Shown here piece by piece: positions 9,044-18,577 of a stretch of DNA of 64,000 bases (within the stretch, counting starts at the first letter, position 1; each line of letters begins with the position of its first letter). A program made the translations under genes and the position numbers. This DNA is from a virus, in the IMG/VR virus record IMGVR_UViG_3300025543_005580, positions 1 through 64,000 of that record, one strand, 5' to 3'. The notes beneath the pieces are model-generated. The model did no database searches. It was not told the DNA's origin and saw only the letters and a list, made by a program, of their open reading frames with translations.

Positions 9044-9607
9044 TTATAATGGATTACCCATTAAAGTTTTAGTGTGTTTTTCACCACCTAAATAACGTTG
9101 ATAAGTTCCATCATCATTCATTTCGATGTTTTTACCTTTCATTACTTTCTGAATAGTTTCTTTATCGGTAACTACTGGAACACCTTTAGCTATAAGAATA
9201 TCTTTTATTTTACCTGAAACTTCAATGTAATGTCCTTTATTTTTAAGCATTATAGCTAAAAAATTAACGGCTAATGATCTTGCTTCTTTAGACCCATCAT
9301 GACCCATAGCTGCTCCTTTTACTCCTGATGATTTTGTTTTATCAACTACAACAGCATCAAATTCTGGGTCATCATCAAAATCTATTACTAGATAATTAGC
9401 ATCACCTTCACTACCATCTACATCTGATGGTGATTGGTAGTTTGGGTTACCTCCTATAGGAGAGTATGCATTATTTATTAAGTCAAATATTTCTTCTGAA
9501 AATTTTGATTTTTCTTCATCTGTAAGGTACTCCCAAGAGTTTTTCTCAAACCCTTCTTCTTCGTGTAATTTACCTTCAGCTAAATATTTTTTTAAATCAA
9601 AGTTCAT
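9044..9607 (-). CDS. Hypothetical, possibly virion-internal protein; start reassigned to MNFDLKKYLAEGKL
   Basis: The track ORF starts at 9676 but overlaps the upstream gene by 80 nt. The ATG at 9607 follows an A-rich leader and the ATATTTAT motif at 9631-9638. Confidence 0.65.
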   Translation of the reverse strand: MNFDLKKYLAEGKLHEEEGFEKNSWEYLTDEEKSKFSEEIFDLINNAYSPIGGNPNYQSPSDVDGSEGDANYLVIDFDDDPEFDAVVVDKTKSSGVKGAAMGHDGSKEARSLAVNFLAIMLKNKGHYIEVSGKIKDILIAKGVPVVTDKETIQKVMKGKNIEMNDDGTYQRYLGGEKHTKTLMGNPL

Positions 9608-10082
9608 TTTTGTATTTATTATATGTATCGATAAATATGTCGAGGGGGGTTCTATGTCCGTGTTCCCCCTCTTCAATTACAAATCTAGGGTCGTTTTCTA
9701 AAATAATTTTTGTCAATTGAGGAATGATAACATCATCATTCATTCCTAAAAGAATTATTTGACGTTCTTGGAATTTAGTATCAAAACCTAAAATAAAAGT
9801 ATCTAAATCAGGTTCAAAACTACGACTATGAAGTGCTGGGTTTAATAGAATAGCTGGTAAGTTAAATGCTTTAGCAAATTCATGAGCAACATATCCTCCC
9901 ATACTACTACCAATAATTAGATCCGGCTTAAAATTTAATATGATATTATGAATTTTACCATGAAGATCTTCTGCTTTGTAATCAATTTTAGGAGCATATA
10001 CTGCACACTCACTTGCTAAAAACTCAACTTTTGGACCTCCTTGATTGCTTTCAAGACCATGTAAATATAAAACATTTTTCAT
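9597..10082 (-). CDS. Alpha/beta hydrolase, YqiA/UPF0227 esterase family
   Basis: LYLHGL.S, GSSMGG nucleophile elbow, LLNPA, DDVI and GH. Confidence 0.85.
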   Translation of the reverse strand: MKNVLYLHGLESNQGGPKVEFLASECAVYAPKIDYKAEDLHGKIHNIILNFKPDLIIGSSMGGYVAHEFAKAFNLPAILLNPALHSRSFEPDLDTFILGFDTKFQERQIILLGMNDDVIIPQLTKIILENDPRFVIEEGEHGHRTPLDIFIDTYNKYKNEL

Positions 10083-10345
10083 TATCCTACCTCCATTTCA
10101 AATTGACGTTTTTCATGATCATGCTCACTATAAACGTTAAAATTTAAATAATCACCCATTTTACTATAATCACCAACATAACCGAAATTATTTTTTTCAG
10201 TAGGATCATAAGCAATGATGAATTCATATTCACCTTTAGTAACATACTCTTTAGTATTTACTAACATTTCGAAATGATTAAACTCTTGGAGTGCTTCGTA
10301 TTTTTCTAATTCTGTCATAACTTTTATTTGTGTTTCGTAACTCAT
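10082..10345 (-). CDS. Hypothetical protein
   Basis: ORF directly downstream of the promoter motif at 10354-10384. Confidence 0.6.
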   Translation of the reverse strand: MSYETQIKVMTELEKYEALQEFNHFEMLVNTKEYVTKGEYEFIIAYDPTEKNNFGYVGDYSKMGDYLNFNVYSEHDHEKRQFEMEVG

Positions 10346-10353
10346 TTACGGTG

Positions 10354-10384
10354 TAAATATACGAACGCTCTTTGGGGGAACCAA
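10354..10384 (-). promoter_or_regulatory. Bacteroidota-type promoter (TTG-N20-TATATTTA)
   Basis: Plus strand TAAATATA at 10354-10361 and CAA at 10382-10384. Confidence 0.7.
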
Positions 10385-10402
10385 CAAAGATTGCAGAAGT
10401 CT

Positions 10403-11497
10403 TTAATTATAAGTTATAGTATTATCTTTAGATAATTTATTGTTTTGTTCTTTTAATTTTTGTTGAGCTACTAATCTCCAATAATGGGCTCTTTCATTAG
10501 CATATTCCTCAGCTTCTTCTCTAGATATCAAACCATCATTATTTTTATCAATATTAGTTTCTTCTTGTTGGGTTTTAGGTTCTTCATCTAAAAGTATTTC
10601 TTCTAAACCTTGATCCCAATCTTCAAGTTCATCTAAACCATCATTTAATGTATTATCTAAATCTGAAAGATCATCGCTATCATTTTTCTTTTTAAGTTGT
10701 TCAAATGCGAAATTAGCAGCAATTACTAGAGCAATTGCTAGAGGATCAAATACAAAAATAATAGTTAATAAAAGATAATTAATTATATTATCCATTGGCA
10801 CTCCTGTTAATCCTGAAAGGTATTTGAGTGGACCTAATTCTCCTGCTATGTCATTATTTGTAGATACTTCCACCATTTCAGTTTCGTAATCAAATAATTG
10901 AGTATTTAGGATGTCAATTCTTGAATTAATTTCTGTTTGACGTTCAATAGCTTGATCTAATTGTTTTTCTAATGCCCTACGAGTTGAACTCGAAGTTGTT
11001 GTAATAATTTGGCCAGTTTCTTTGTCTTTATATTGTATAGTATTGTTTGATAAGCCTAAACGTAAATCAGATACTGCCTCGTTAATGGTACTTTTTTCTG
11101 CATTATATACCGTTAATTGTTCCCTAACATTATCTCGTTTAGTCTCTATTAATGCAATTTGTGAATCTATACTACCTGCTTTAGCTGATGTTTCTTGATA
11201 AGCAGATGAAAGGAAACCATATATCCCCATACTTGTAATTAAAATCAATACAAAACAAGCTACTGAAAGGTAAGTTTTAAGTAATAAAGGAAGTGATTTT
11301 CTATATTGATAAAGTAAGGAAGCAATAACTAATTTTGCTACTTCTAACGAAGCTGCCATAACTATAACAGCAAATGCCGCACCTGCAAATAGCTTGCTAA
11401 GGCCGCTAACTGAATAGAAAGCGGCCGAAGCAGAGACTGACAGGGCAGAGGTTGCTATTAAAAAAGGAAATATCCTTTCTTTTATTTTTTGTATCAT
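10403..11497 (-). CDS. Membrane protein: about 3 N-terminal TM helices, long coiled coil, C-terminal TM and acidic tail
   Basis: Hydrophobic segments at about 10-95 and 240-265 aa; IIFVFDPLAI motif; EF-hand-like DKNNDGLISREE. Confidence 0.65.
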   Translation of the reverse strand: MIQKIKERIFPFLIATSALSVSASAAFYSVSGLSKLFAGAAFAVIVMAASLEVAKLVIASLLYQYRKSLPLLLKTYLSVACFVLILITSMGIYGFLSSAYQETSAKAGSIDSQIALIETKRDNVREQLTVYNAEKSTINEAVSDLRLGLSNNTIQYKDKETGQIITTTSSSTRRALEKQLDQAIERQTEINSRIDILNTQLFDYETEMVEVSTNNDIAGELGPLKYLSGLTGVPMDNIINYLLLTIIFVFDPLAIALVIAANFAFEQLKKKNDSDDLSDLDNTLNDGLDELEDWDQGLEEILLDEEPKTQQEETNIDKNNDGLISREEAEEYANERAHYWRLVAQQKLKEQNNKLSKDNTITYN

Positions 11498-12204
11498 ACT
11501 AATTGTTTTTCTTCTACTTCTTTGATCATCTCAAAATGAATTTTAGCAATTCGATCTCTACCTTTTTCACTTAATAAATAAGAATGGCAGTTATCGTAAT
11601 TAGTCATAAAGAAATTTTCACTTAATATAGCAGGCATTACTGTTTTTCTTAACACCCAGAAATTCGATTCTTTATCAGCATCTCCATCCCTTGTATCTTT
11701 TCTCATTTTTTCATTAGGGAATTCATTTTCTGCTTTCTCAGCTAGAACGGATGCTATTATATCGGATTTAGTTTCACCTTCAGAAGTATACACTGACCAA
11801 CCATTAGCTGACTCTTTATTAAAGCCATTTGCGTGAATTGAAACATATATACATTTCCCTCCTTTATCTAATCGTTCACGGTATATATCGTTTGCTTTAT
11901 CTGTACGTTTACGTAATGAAATATCTTCTTGTGTATCTACTAAATTAATACATTCAATTCCTTCTTCAGCGCACATTTTAACTAAACGATCTACAATTGC
12001 TCTATTAAATTCACCTTCAAATAATTGAGATCCATCTTCCCAAATTGGAGATCTTTTTCCTGGGGTTTGGTATTCTCCGTTTATTATTCCTCCATGTCCG
12101 TTATCTAATATCCACAAATAATTGGATTTAGGGGTAGGGCAATGAGGTGTTACTGAGGGATCATATTCAGTATTACATTTAATACATTTTATTAATTTTT
12201 GCAT
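11494..12204 (-). CDS. N-acetylmuramoyl-L-alanine amidase (Amidase_3), probable endolysin
   Basis: LDNGHGG, E..FN, VSIHAN and PAILSENFFMTN zinc/catalytic motifs. Confidence 0.9.
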   Translation of the reverse strand: MQKLIKCIKCNTEYDPSVTPHCPTPKSNYLWILDNGHGGIINGEYQTPGKRSPIWEDGSQLFEGEFNRAIVDRLVKMCAEEGIECINLVDTQEDISLRKRTDKANDIYRERLDKGGKCIYVSIHANGFNKESANGWSVYTSEGETKSDIIASVLAEKAENEFPNEKMRKDTRDGDADKESNFWVLRKTVMPAILSENFFMTNYDNCHSYLLSEKGRDRIAKIHFEMIKEVEEKQLV

Positions 12205-12416
12205 TAATCTTTTGATTTTGGTACAAATTTTTCAACAACAGTTCCAAATACAGTTGCTATAGTTAAATATTCAATTGCTGATATTGTTGCAGTTTTATTT
12301 TCTTCTTTACAAATAAATAGGTATATTACTAAGGATATAAAACCGATAGTACCTAATACACGTTTATGTGAGGTACCACCTGTTCCTACAAACATGTTTA
12401 TAAAGAAATTTTTCAT
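12204..12416 (-). CDS. Small 2-TM membrane protein, holin candidate
   Basis: S.KRV followed by two hydrophobic segments; directly upstream of the amidase. Confidence 0.55.
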   Translation of the reverse strand: MKNFFINMFVGTGGTSHKRVLGTIGFISLVIYLFICKEENKTATISAIEYLTIATVFGTVVEKFVPKSKD

Positions 12417-12616
12417 GCTTTTTTAATTAATTTTTTTAATAAATCCCAGTTACGAGTAGCAAACACACCAAATGCAAATCCAGCGTATATTTTGTAACCA
12501 AAGGCCCAAAGACCTAAACCTACTAATAAACCTAAAATACCTTCAACTCCGTTAGCTAATACCCAATCTTTAACGATTGCAATAATTTTTTTAATAAAAT
12601 CTAATAATTTTTTCAT
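12413..12616 (-). CDS. Small membrane protein, holin/antiholin candidate
   Basis: Hydrophobic core with basic termini; next to the lysis genes. Confidence 0.5.
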   Translation of the reverse strand: MKKLLDFIKKIIAIVKDWVLANGVEGILGLLVGLGLWAFGYKIYAGFAFGVFATRNWDLLKKLIKKA

Positions 12617-12649
12617 AATAATTTATTTTTAATGTGTGGTTATACATAT

Positions 12650-12677
12650 AAAAAAAGAGGAGCTAATGCCCCTCTTT
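12650..12677 (-). terminator. Intrinsic terminator
   Basis: Minus-strand RNA AAAGAGGGGC-AUUA-GCUCCUCUUU followed by a U run. Confidence 0.75.
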
Positions 12678-12717
12678 AATTATTAGAAAATTTCAAATAT
12701 TAATAATAATACTTTTT

Positions 12718-14253
12718 TCATTGTTTTTTATTATTTAATTCTTTACCTAATTCCATAAGTGGAACTGGGGTACCAACAGGATAAGGTTTACCCTCTATTG
12801 CTGCTGTAATTGATTTCATACCGGATTTTACGGGAATTGCTTTACGTAGTGGAACAGCTGCTTCATTTAATGGTCCAAAACATCTAGCTAAAATAATACC
12901 TGTTTCTGTAGTGTCAATAATTTGACAAGGCATACAGAACATATTACTTTCACTTGTATGTGCTGAATCTGTATTTACTATAAATGAACGATTACTTGGT
13001 TTCATCATTTCCCAACTCATAGTTGCTGGGTTGAATTGAGGAATATAAGTTGATGTATCAAAATAATGATATAGTGACCAAACTGAGCTACCATCCCATC
13101 TTGTACTTCCATCATTTCCTGGAAATTGGAAATCTTTTTCAACGCTAAATTGACCTTCAGTACCCATAACTTTACCCCAACTTGGACTTACACCATACAT
13201 TGCTAGATTTGAAATTGATGTATCTGGAAAAACAGGGCAAATAGCACATCCTTCAGCATACATTTCACCTTGAACCATAATTGAGTCACCAGTTGGTACA
13301 GCACCTGATGCTCCACAAAATGCATAATAACCTTCGTGTAGTCTTACTATACTTTTTTCTTCACGTAAATTATCTCCTTCTTGTCCTATTTCTTCAACTA
13401 CACTTTCTGCAGTTACTCTAATATTTGATATTTTAAAAGTACCATCACATACGTTAGACCAATCTTTACAAGCAGGGTCATTGTAGTTATACCATTCATT
13501 CCCATTAATTTGATATTGGTCTGGTGAATATCCTTGCCAGTATGAGGCTACTATAGACCACCCGCTTTCCATGGTAGCTTTTAAATCATTAAGATTATCA
13601 ATACTACTATCATTACCTTTAGTATGTGATAGAAAATCATACACTACAACACTATTGCTACCTTGGGAGTAAGTAACAGTCATATTAGTATAATCCGTAT
13701 TAAAATCAATTGTAATATCAAATGGTTTTGTTGGGTCTATTTTAGTTGCATCATTAACTCCACTTCCAGGATTAGATAAATAATCTTGCTTCCAGCAACT
13801 GTTTGTATTTATTGAATTTAAATAAGAAAATTCTAAACTTTCTTTATTAGATGAATTACTTGAACCTAAATGAACTGTAGTTTGGGAAAGTACATTTCCG
13901 TTAGTTTCCATAAAGTCAATCTCGTTACAATATGTAGATGATCCCCCAGCATCACAATACCCCGGACCACCATTTACCATATAAAATGATGCATTTACAA
14001 AATTTAAATTGTTTAAACCCGATAAATCTACAGTAGCTGTAACTTTAGTTACGTTTTTGTATTTTTCAATAGATTGAACTCTACCTTCTCTAAAATCAAT
14101 TGACCCATCAGAGTTAATTGTAGGAACTACACCACAATATTGACCTTGAACTCCATTAAATGTTGGAGTAAATGTGGTTGTAGTTAGTGGTGATTTGTTG
14201 TTACAACTAAACAGCATTGTAGCTGTCACCATTAATAATAATACTTTTTTCAT
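12718..14253 (-). CDS. Lipoprotein with a GH7-like (clan GH-B jelly-roll) glycoside hydrolase domain and a Cys-rich C-terminal domain
   Basis: Lipoprotein signal MKKVLLLMVTATMLFS-C; motifs VDLS, NASFYMV, GYCDA, CNEIDFMETN (ExDxxE), IDPTKPF, GWSIVASYW and ISNIRV. Confidence 0.7.
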   Translation of the reverse strand: MKKVLLLMVTATMLFSCNNKSPLTTTTFTPTFNGVQGQYCGVVPTINSDGSIDFREGRVQSIEKYKNVTKVTATVDLSGLNNLNFVNASFYMVNGGPGYCDAGGSSTYCNEIDFMETNGNVLSQTTVHLGSSNSSNKESLEFSYLNSINTNSCWKQDYLSNPGSGVNDATKIDPTKPFDITIDFNTDYTNMTVTYSQGSNSVVVYDFLSHTKGNDSSIDNLNDLKATMESGWSIVASYWQGYSPDQYQINGNEWYNYNDPACKDWSNVCDGTFKISNIRVTAESVVEEIGQEGDNLREEKSIVRLHEGYYAFCGASGAVPTGDSIMVQGEMYAEGCAICPVFPDTSISNLAMYGVSPSWGKVMGTEGQFSVEKDFQFPGNDGSTRWDGSSVWSLYHYFDTSTYIPQFNPATMSWEMMKPSNRSFIVNTDSAHTSESNMFCMPCQIIDTTETGIILARCFGPLNEAAVPLRKAIPVKSGMKSITAAIEGKPYPVGTPVPLMELGKELNNKKQ

Positions 14254-14261
14254 TTTTGTTT

Positions 14262-14462
14262 TTATTTAATTACTTTTATAATTTTTGTTTCTGAAACTGC
14301 TGATACTTCATATTCCATACTTACCCCTTCAAAGTCTTTTACAACTTTAACTTCAGCATCGGTAACAGATACTGCATCTACTAAATAAGACTCAATTGTC
14401 TTTTTCATTTTACCATTTTCGTCTTCATGACGAATTTTTACTTTTGCAATGTAATAACTCAT
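14262..14462 (-). CDS. DUF4494-like small protein
   Basis: G..KK..ESYLVDAVSVTDAE..V....V.AV.ETKI pattern, typical of this Bacteroidota family. Confidence 0.7.
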   Translation of the reverse strand: MSYYIAKVKIRHEDENGKMKKTIESYLVDAVSVTDAEVKVVKDFEGVSMEYEVSAVSETKIIKVIK

Positions 14463-14508
14463 TTTTTATTTATTTTTATTTATTAATTTTATATATATTC
14501 AAGACCCA

Positions 14509-16224
14509 CTAGCCATCACAAGCCAAACAATCATCCGTTGTTCTTGAACCTAAATCACCTTTAATTACTGAATCTGTTCTTAAATAATATAATGTTTTAA
14601 TCCCTAATTTCCAGGCTTCCATATGTACTTGATTTATCCATCTAGGAGAATCAGTAGGATCAAAGGCAACATTTAATGATTGTGTTTGGTCAATATATTT
14701 TTGACGTACTGCTGCTTGCTGAACTAATGCTAATTGGTTGATTTCAGGGAATGTTAAAAATATTTCTTTTTCATCATCAGTTAAAACATCATGAGGTAAA
14801 TTAGCTACAGAACCATTATCTGCTAAAATTTGGTCCCATATTTTATTTTGGTTCTTACCTTTATCTGTAAGTAATTTTTCTAATTCAGGATTTTTAACAA
14901 TAAATGTTCCTTTGGCACCATTAAACACATAAACATTTGCTGGTTGAGGTTCAATACCTGCGGAACAACTATTAATGCGGGAATTAGATACAGTAGGGGC
15001 AATTGCCATTACGTGAGTATTTCTCATACCAGTTCCTCTACACCATAATGGTTCTCCATATTCTAAAGCCATTTGACGAGAAGCAGCTTCTGCTTTTTGT
15101 CTAATATCACTAAAAATAGTGTGAGTCCAAGCTGTTGATGCTAATGAATTAAATGGTAAATTTTTCTGTTGTAAGAAGGTATGCCAACCCATTACTCCTA
15201 AACCTAAGGCTCTACCTTTTTTAGCATGTCTATGAGAACGAACCATAGAATCCTTACCATTAGTTTTAACGATAAATTCTTCCATCACACCATCTAAAAA
15301 GTAGGTAGCCATTTCAACTACATCTGTGTTTTTCCATTCATCATACTTAGCTAGGTTTAAGGAAGATAAACAACAAATAAACGAATGTTCCTCATCTGTA
15401 TGTAAAGTAATTTCAGAACAAATATTCGTCATACTAACATCTAAATTATTCATACGATAAGCTAAAGGATTGTCTTTGTTAACATTATCCTTAAACATAA
15501 TGTATGGTTCTCCCGTTTCTACACGTGATTTAAGTATTTCTAACCACAACGACATAGCCTCGCCGTCACGATCTTGTAAGCGCTTCATAAACGCATCATC
15601 TACAACTACAGCCTGGTGTAAATTTAAACATTGTCTGTTAGGATCACCTTTAGGTCTACGAATTTGTAGATATTCTTTAATATCTTTGTGGTTGATATCC
15701 AAATTTACTGATGCTGCTCCTCTACGAACTGATCCCTGATTAGTGGCAACAATTGTTGAATCATAAATTTTAGCCCAAGGTACAATACCTTCGGATTTTC
15801 CATTTCCTGTTATTGCTTCACCTCTTCCTCTAATTCTGCTAAGGGATATACCCACGCCTCCCCCATAACTAGTAAGGCGCATAAGCTCTGCGTTAGTGAG
15901 TCCAATACCACGGATCGAATCCGGAGTATCAATACCAAAACAACTAATAGGCAAACCCCTATCAGTACCGGTATTGCTGAGAACAGGGCTAGCGAGACCA
16001 ATCCATCCATTCCAAATATATTTAAAAAATTTATTTGCTAAGTCTGGTCTGTTTAATCTATCAGCTACAGCATTAGCGACGCGTCTATACGCTTTACGGG
16101 GAGTTTCCCCTGGTAGTAAATATCCTTTACTAATAGTAGACAAAGCTACTTCATCCATATATTCAGGGAAGTCTTTACCACGTTCCCATTGAGTATAATC
16201 TGCTACTAAACTATTATTATCCAT
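14509..16224 (-). CDS. nrdA: Ribonucleotide reductase class I, alpha subunit (short, no ATP cone)
   Basis: SPVLSN, ISCF, GGGVG, QGSVRRGA, TNICSEI, LGLGVMG, AIAPT, KTLYY and a C-terminal CLAC. Confidence 0.95.
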   Translation of the reverse strand: MDNNSLVADYTQWERGKDFPEYMDEVALSTISKGYLLPGETPRKAYRRVANAVADRLNRPDLANKFFKYIWNGWIGLASPVLSNTGTDRGLPISCFGIDTPDSIRGIGLTNAELMRLTSYGGGVGISLSRIRGRGEAITGNGKSEGIVPWAKIYDSTIVATNQGSVRRGAASVNLDINHKDIKEYLQIRRPKGDPNRQCLNLHQAVVVDDAFMKRLQDRDGEAMSLWLEILKSRVETGEPYIMFKDNVNKDNPLAYRMNNLDVSMTNICSEITLHTDEEHSFICCLSSLNLAKYDEWKNTDVVEMATYFLDGVMEEFIVKTNGKDSMVRSHRHAKKGRALGLGVMGWHTFLQQKNLPFNSLASTAWTHTIFSDIRQKAEAASRQMALEYGEPLWCRGTGMRNTHVMAIAPTVSNSRINSCSAGIEPQPANVYVFNGAKGTFIVKNPELEKLLTDKGKNQNKIWDQILADNGSVANLPHDVLTDDEKEIFLTFPEINQLALVQQAAVRQKYIDQTQSLNVAFDPTDSPRWINQVHMEAWKLGIKTLYYLRTDSVIKGDLGSRTTDDCLACDG

Positions 16225-16226
16225 AA

Positions 16227-17210
16227 TTAAAAAATGCTTTCATCCCAACTCATATTTCCTTTAGAGTAGTTGGTTACCCGATTTGCAAAAAAGTCTGTGT
16301 GTTGTTTACCTGCTGAGAGGTGATCAAACCACTTCATTCTTTCAACAGCTGTCATATCAATGTCGGAAATAATTCCTTTATATCCCAAATCACCTAATTT
16401 AGTATTAATTCTATTTTTAATAAAGTTTTCTAAATCATATTGAGAACAACCTTCTAGATCTCCTAATGAATAACATTTACGGATAAAATCTGTTTCTAAT
16501 TTTAATGATAATAAAGCTGCTTCATTTATTGCTGCTTCAAGTTCTGGAGTTTTGAGTTCAGGATTCTCTTCGACAAGTGTTCTAAATAACCAGCATCCTG
16601 CTTCGGAATGTAATGATTCGTCTCTAATAGACCATTCAACAATTTGACCCACTCCTTTAAGCTTGTTTCGCATTTTGAAAGATAAAAGGACGGCGAAGGA
16701 AGAGAATAAATTAACTCCCTCGGTAAATGCTGAGAATATAGCGAGTGATTTAGCAACTTCGTGCAAATCCATTTCACCGTTAAAACTATCCCTAACAGCA
16801 GTAAGGTTTTCAATTTTAGCCATCGTAGCTTCGTCTTCCATAAACTCAGCGAAATTTTCAAGTCCAAGTGTTTCATTTAATAGTGAATATGCTTCGGCAT
16901 GGATTGTTTCAAATGCGCCGAATGTTGTAGCCATCATAATAACCTCAGGTTTTCTAAACCATTTTGTTACTAGTCCTGACCAATAATCATTTACAACTGT
17001 TTCCGTTTGGGCAAATCCTTTTAGGATTGAACCTATAATGTTTTTTTCTGTTTCATTTAAATTTGAATTCCAATCATTCAAATCTGACATCATTGGTACT
17101 TCTGTGTGTAACCAGTGGGCTTGTTGTTGTTTAAGCCAATAGTCAGCTGCTTCTTGGTATTCAAATGGTTTGTATACTATACGTGGTTCTATTAATCTAC
17201 TTTTACTCAT
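16227..17210 (-). CDS. nrdB: Ribonucleotide reductase class I, beta subunit
   Basis: YKPFEY, HW...E, ETIHAEAY, EGVNLFSSF, RDESLH and DFFANRVTNY. Confidence 0.95.
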   Translation of the reverse strand: MSKSRLIEPRIVYKPFEYQEAADYWLKQQQAHWLHTEVPMMSDLNDWNSNLNETEKNIIGSILKGFAQTETVVNDYWSGLVTKWFRKPEVIMMATTFGAFETIHAEAYSLLNETLGLENFAEFMEDEATMAKIENLTAVRDSFNGEMDLHEVAKSLAIFSAFTEGVNLFSSFAVLLSFKMRNKLKGVGQIVEWSIRDESLHSEAGCWLFRTLVEENPELKTPELEAAINEAALLSLKLETDFIRKCYSLGDLEGCSQYDLENFIKNRINTKLGDLGYKGIISDIDMTAVERMKWFDHLSAGKQHTDFFANRVTNYSKGNMSWDESIF

Positions 17211-18574
17211 ATCTTATTTAGTTCAAAATATTTTTGTGATAATTCTTTTCTTGTCATAAAATCTACCTCCTTAATAACCTGACGTTGTTGGGGTGCTGAT
17301 CCTTCTTCATCGTCGTTTTCTATATAGTCTGAAACTTCAAAATGTCCAGTTGAAGTATCTGCTTTTACACTATAAGTGATACCATCCATTCCATATCTAT
17401 TTTTCATAATATGAAATCTTCCAGTACCTTCAACCTTATCTTTACGTTTTCTTGAGAGTGAAATACAGAAATCAGTAATCATAATTTTATCATATGATCC
17501 TGCAGCTTTATCACCTTCAATGACATCATCTTTTGCACCTGCTCGGTTTACTTGAGAAACTGACCAAACTGGTAAATTTAATGTTCGAGCAAGTCCTTTA
17601 GTGCTAATATAAATATCATCAATTTCTCCCTTACGATCAGAAGTCTTTTTTCTTGTACCTAAAAGGTCAACGTAATCAATAATTATTAAATCTGGTTTAA
17701 ATCCTTGATCAGTACATTTTTGAATATGAGACTCTAATGTATGGATTGTTGCTTTTCCTGGAGAGAATTCTTTGATAATTAACTGCCCAACTAAATCTTC
17801 TACTGCTTGTTCTACTTTATTTCTATATTTCCCAATTGTGTCTACTGGGGTATTTGTAAAATAAGCATCATAACGTTTACCGACATATGCTTCTCCTAAT
17901 TCTAAAGTATAATGTAAGACATTATATCCCATTTTCACAGCATGTCCTCCTAAAGCAATTAAACTCCATGATTTACCACCCCCTGGGTTTCCAAAAATTA
18001 GTCCAAAATCACCTCCACCAATACCACCTTGCATTATATCATTAATACACGGCCAAGGGGAAGCGATTGGTGTTCTTTCGTCTACTCGATAACGAGACTC
18101 AACATCTTTATTATATTCATGACCAACATTTTTGTCTTGTCCCGCTTTTAGAGCGTTATCTACAATGGAACGAATTGAATCATAATCTCCGGCGTTGAGG
18201 AAATCTACACTTGTTAACAACGCTTTTTTAAGTTGTTGGTTTTTACAAAACCCAGAAAATTCTTCAATTACATATTTGAGATCTTCATCTGAGGCTTCAT
18301 ATGCTGCTCTAAGTTGTTCTTTAACAGATACTTGAAGAACTTCATTGTCTATTTTTTTAAGTTCTACCTTAAGAATATCCATTGAAGGTGTAGTATGATA
18401 TTTTTCGTAATTTTTTAGAATTTCTTTAATAATCCATTTTTGTGCTTGATTATCAAAATATTCTTCACTTAAAATATCATGAATGTTTACAAGGAAATCC
18501 TTGTGTGTCAGTAATGAGGATAAAACTTTTGTTTGAAAGCTTGGTCCATACTGAGAGAGATTAATTAATGTCAT
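17207..18574 (-). CDS. Replicative DNA helicase, DnaB/T4 gp41-like
   Basis: Walker A GNPGGGKS, YTLEL, IIIDYVDLL, SQVNR and KNRYG. Confidence 0.92.
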   Translation of the reverse strand: MTLINLSQYGPSFQTKVLSSLLTHKDFLVNIHDILSEEYFDNQAQKWIIKEILKNYEKYHTTPSMDILKVELKKIDNEVLQVSVKEQLRAAYEASDEDLKYVIEEFSGFCKNQQLKKALLTSVDFLNAGDYDSIRSIVDNALKAGQDKNVGHEYNKDVESRYRVDERTPIASPWPCINDIMQGGIGGGDFGLIFGNPGGGKSWSLIALGGHAVKMGYNVLHYTLELGEAYVGKRYDAYFTNTPVDTIGKYRNKVEQAVEDLVGQLIIKEFSPGKATIHTLESHIQKCTDQGFKPDLIIIDYVDLLGTRKKTSDRKGEIDDIYISTKGLARTLNLPVWSVSQVNRAGAKDDVIEGDKAAGSYDKIMITDFCISLSRKRKDKVEGTGRFHIMKNRYGMDGITYSVKADTSTGHFEVSDYIENDDEEGSAPQQRQVIKEVDFMTRKELSQKYFELNKI

Positions 18575-18577
18575 AAC

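Noticed and set aside
9608-9676. N-terminal extension of the 210-aa track ORF
   Set aside because: It overlaps the upstream esterase gene; the internal ATG at 9607 has the better context.
2525-16986. Overlapping alternative ORFs within queE, the dpdA-like gene, thyA, nrdA and nrdB (for example 2525-2857, 2928-3164, 6289-6579, 7849-8130, 15470-15739, 16526-16876)
   Set aside because: They are nested in or antisense to well-supported genes and have no recognisable motifs.
14509-18574. Introns or inteins in nrdA, nrdB or the helicase
   Set aside because: The ORFs are continuous and of compact length, with no intein or homing-endonuclease motifs.
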